64,000 nucleotides of DNA, from positions 158,346 through 222,345 of the forward strand of contig JACPGU010000002.1 of the NCBI GenBank assembly GCA_016188915.1, written 5' to 3'. The stretch is from Candidatus Microgenomates bacterium (GTDB lineage: Bacteria > Patescibacteriota > JACPGU01). This document shows, in pieces, positions 62,782 through 64,000 of this stretch. Position 1 is the stretch's first letter, and each line of letters starts with the position of its first letter. The notes beneath the pieces are model-generated. The model was not told the DNA's origin and made no database searches. It saw only the letters and a list, made by a program, of their open reading frames with translations. A program made the translations under genes and the position numbers.

Positions 62782-63324
62782 ATGTTTGAATCACCAAAAT
62801 ACGAAAAAATATCCCCTCAATATGTTAACGAGGCTTCAATGTTGGCAGAGCAAAGAATGCACAAACTGATTGAAGCCGCGCGCGATCTTGGCGTTGAAAT
62901 TTTCTCTCTTGAAGATGGCGAGGAAAAAATATTAGAGCAGGTTAAACAAGGCTTTCCGCAACGATACGAATTGGTGGTACAAAAATTGCGCGACGAAGGC
63001 CTAAAGCTATCTGATTTACCGAAAGATGTTCTGTTAGACCGTATGCTCGGCATTGACATGATGTTCACTTTCCAAGGCAAAAACTATGCAGTGGATGTAA
63101 CCAGCGGAAAGCATACCGTTGTTAAAAATAAAGAGAGAAAATTTCAAGCGATGGAAAGTTTATATAAACAACTCGGAATTGATCGCGCACTCATTATACG
63201 GCTGAAAGAAGATGTTACTGATGACATGGTTTTAGACCTTTTTGCTAGACTTGAAGTGTTGGACGATAAAGGGGATATTTTTTCTGTTATCGTAAGGTAT
63301 CCCGAAACTAAAATTAAGAAGTGA
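62782..63324 (+). CDS. Cassette 1 cargo: PD-(D/E)xK-like hypothetical protein
   Basis: LDRMLGIDMMF..YAVDVT motif; ATG 26 nt after the core site. Confidence 0.6.
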   Translation: MFESPKYEKISPQYVNEASMLAEQRMHKLIEAARDLGVEIFSLEDGEEKILEQVKQGFPQRYELVVQKLRDEGLKLSDLPKDVLLDRMLGIDMMFTFQGKNYAVDVTSGKHTVVKNKERKFQAMESLYKQLGIDRALIIRLKEDVTDDMVLDLFARLEVLDDKGDIFSVIVRYPETKIKK

Positions 63325-63368
63325 AAAAGCCGATTATAATTTTTTTTGCGACTCAAGCCCTTCGGGTC

Positions 63369-63514
63369 GCAGAACACGGTATATCTGGCTCAGAAATATG
63401 ACGCATTTAAGGTTTATTGTTTGTCATATTTCTTCGACCCATATCCCTACCTCTTTTCTTTATCAACTAATAAGGTGTCGAGGTCGGGACATCAGATATA
63501 CCGAAACATTACCC
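63369..63514 (+). mobile_element. attC-like site
   Basis: GCAGAAC (R''), CGGTATATCTG / CAGATATACCG 11-bp arms, internal hairpins, ATTACCC (degenerate R'). Confidence 0.7.
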
Positions 63515-63636
63515 AAAATTTCACTAAAAATAGTTTCTATATTATATTTGAGTCCTTTTGAGATTTTTTTTGGCAAAGAAATGAGCCACCGCGTTTGGTG
63601 GCTCCGAAAATGGAATCTGCTCTTATTTGCAGATTG

Positions 63637-63888
63637 TTACATGAGGCGCGCTACCGTGACGCAACTTAGGATGATTAGCCCCACACCGCAGGACGCCGCA
63701 ATAATCGCTCTTGTGTTTTGATGTCCTTCCAGCGGCAAAAAAATCTTTACCACTGCGGCGAGTCCGGTGACTCCGACAAGCACCCACACGAACGACGGCA
63801 GTAACGACAGATATAGCCCGACGAGTAGCGCGAAACCGGCAACCTGCAAATAATCGCAGACCGCTGACAACGTCTTGATGTTTAACAT
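63637..63888 (-). CDS. Cassette 2 cargo: small 3-TM membrane protein, reverse orientation
   Basis: AAGGAGG RBS, hydrophobic 83 aa, hairpin GAGCCACC..GGTGGCTC at 63582-63603. Confidence 0.7.
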   Translation of the reverse strand: MLNIKTLSAVCDYLQVAGFALLVGLYLSLLPSFVWVLVGVTGLAAVVKIFLPLEGHQNTRAIIAASCGVGLIILSCVTVARLM

Positions 63889-64000
63889 GTCGATTCCTCC
63901 TTTGTCAAAGTATTTACATCATACAATATAATTTTATCTAAGTCAAGCCAAAAATCTCAAAAGGACTCTTTTAATAAGGTAACTATTTTTAGTGAAACTC

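Overview
AT-rich bacterial chromosome segment whose gene content and style suggest a Patescibacteria/CPR genome (inference). The backbone is housekeeping genes: hrcA-grpE-dnaK-dnaJ with a CIRCE operator, groES/EL, yebC-ruvC-ruvA, recA, valS, rpsO-pnp-rnj, hppA, ftsK, rpsF-ssb-rpsR-efp, competence genes, four tRNAs and secreted cell-wall enzymes/proteases. The strongest unusual signals are: (1) a decayed integron-like locus at the right end, with an integrase N-terminal remnant, an attI-like site, a 146-nt attC-like site and two cassettes, each clamped by its own long inverted repeat; (2) a stranded C-terminal fragment resembling a DGR variable-region target, fused to tsaD and AbiEii fragments; (3) two self-contained plus-strand transcription units with long-range RNA pairing over their ribosome-binding sites, one encoding a 37-aa hydrophobic peptide antisense to the dnaK operon; (4) pervasive 7-9-nt periodic repeats that form intergenic palindromes and are also read in-frame inside housekeeping proteins; (5) tRNA-Ile(UAU) with an adjacent interrupted half copy, an EF-P lacking the PGK tip, and DnaK D8Y. 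All assignments come from motif recognition by eye; no database searches were run.
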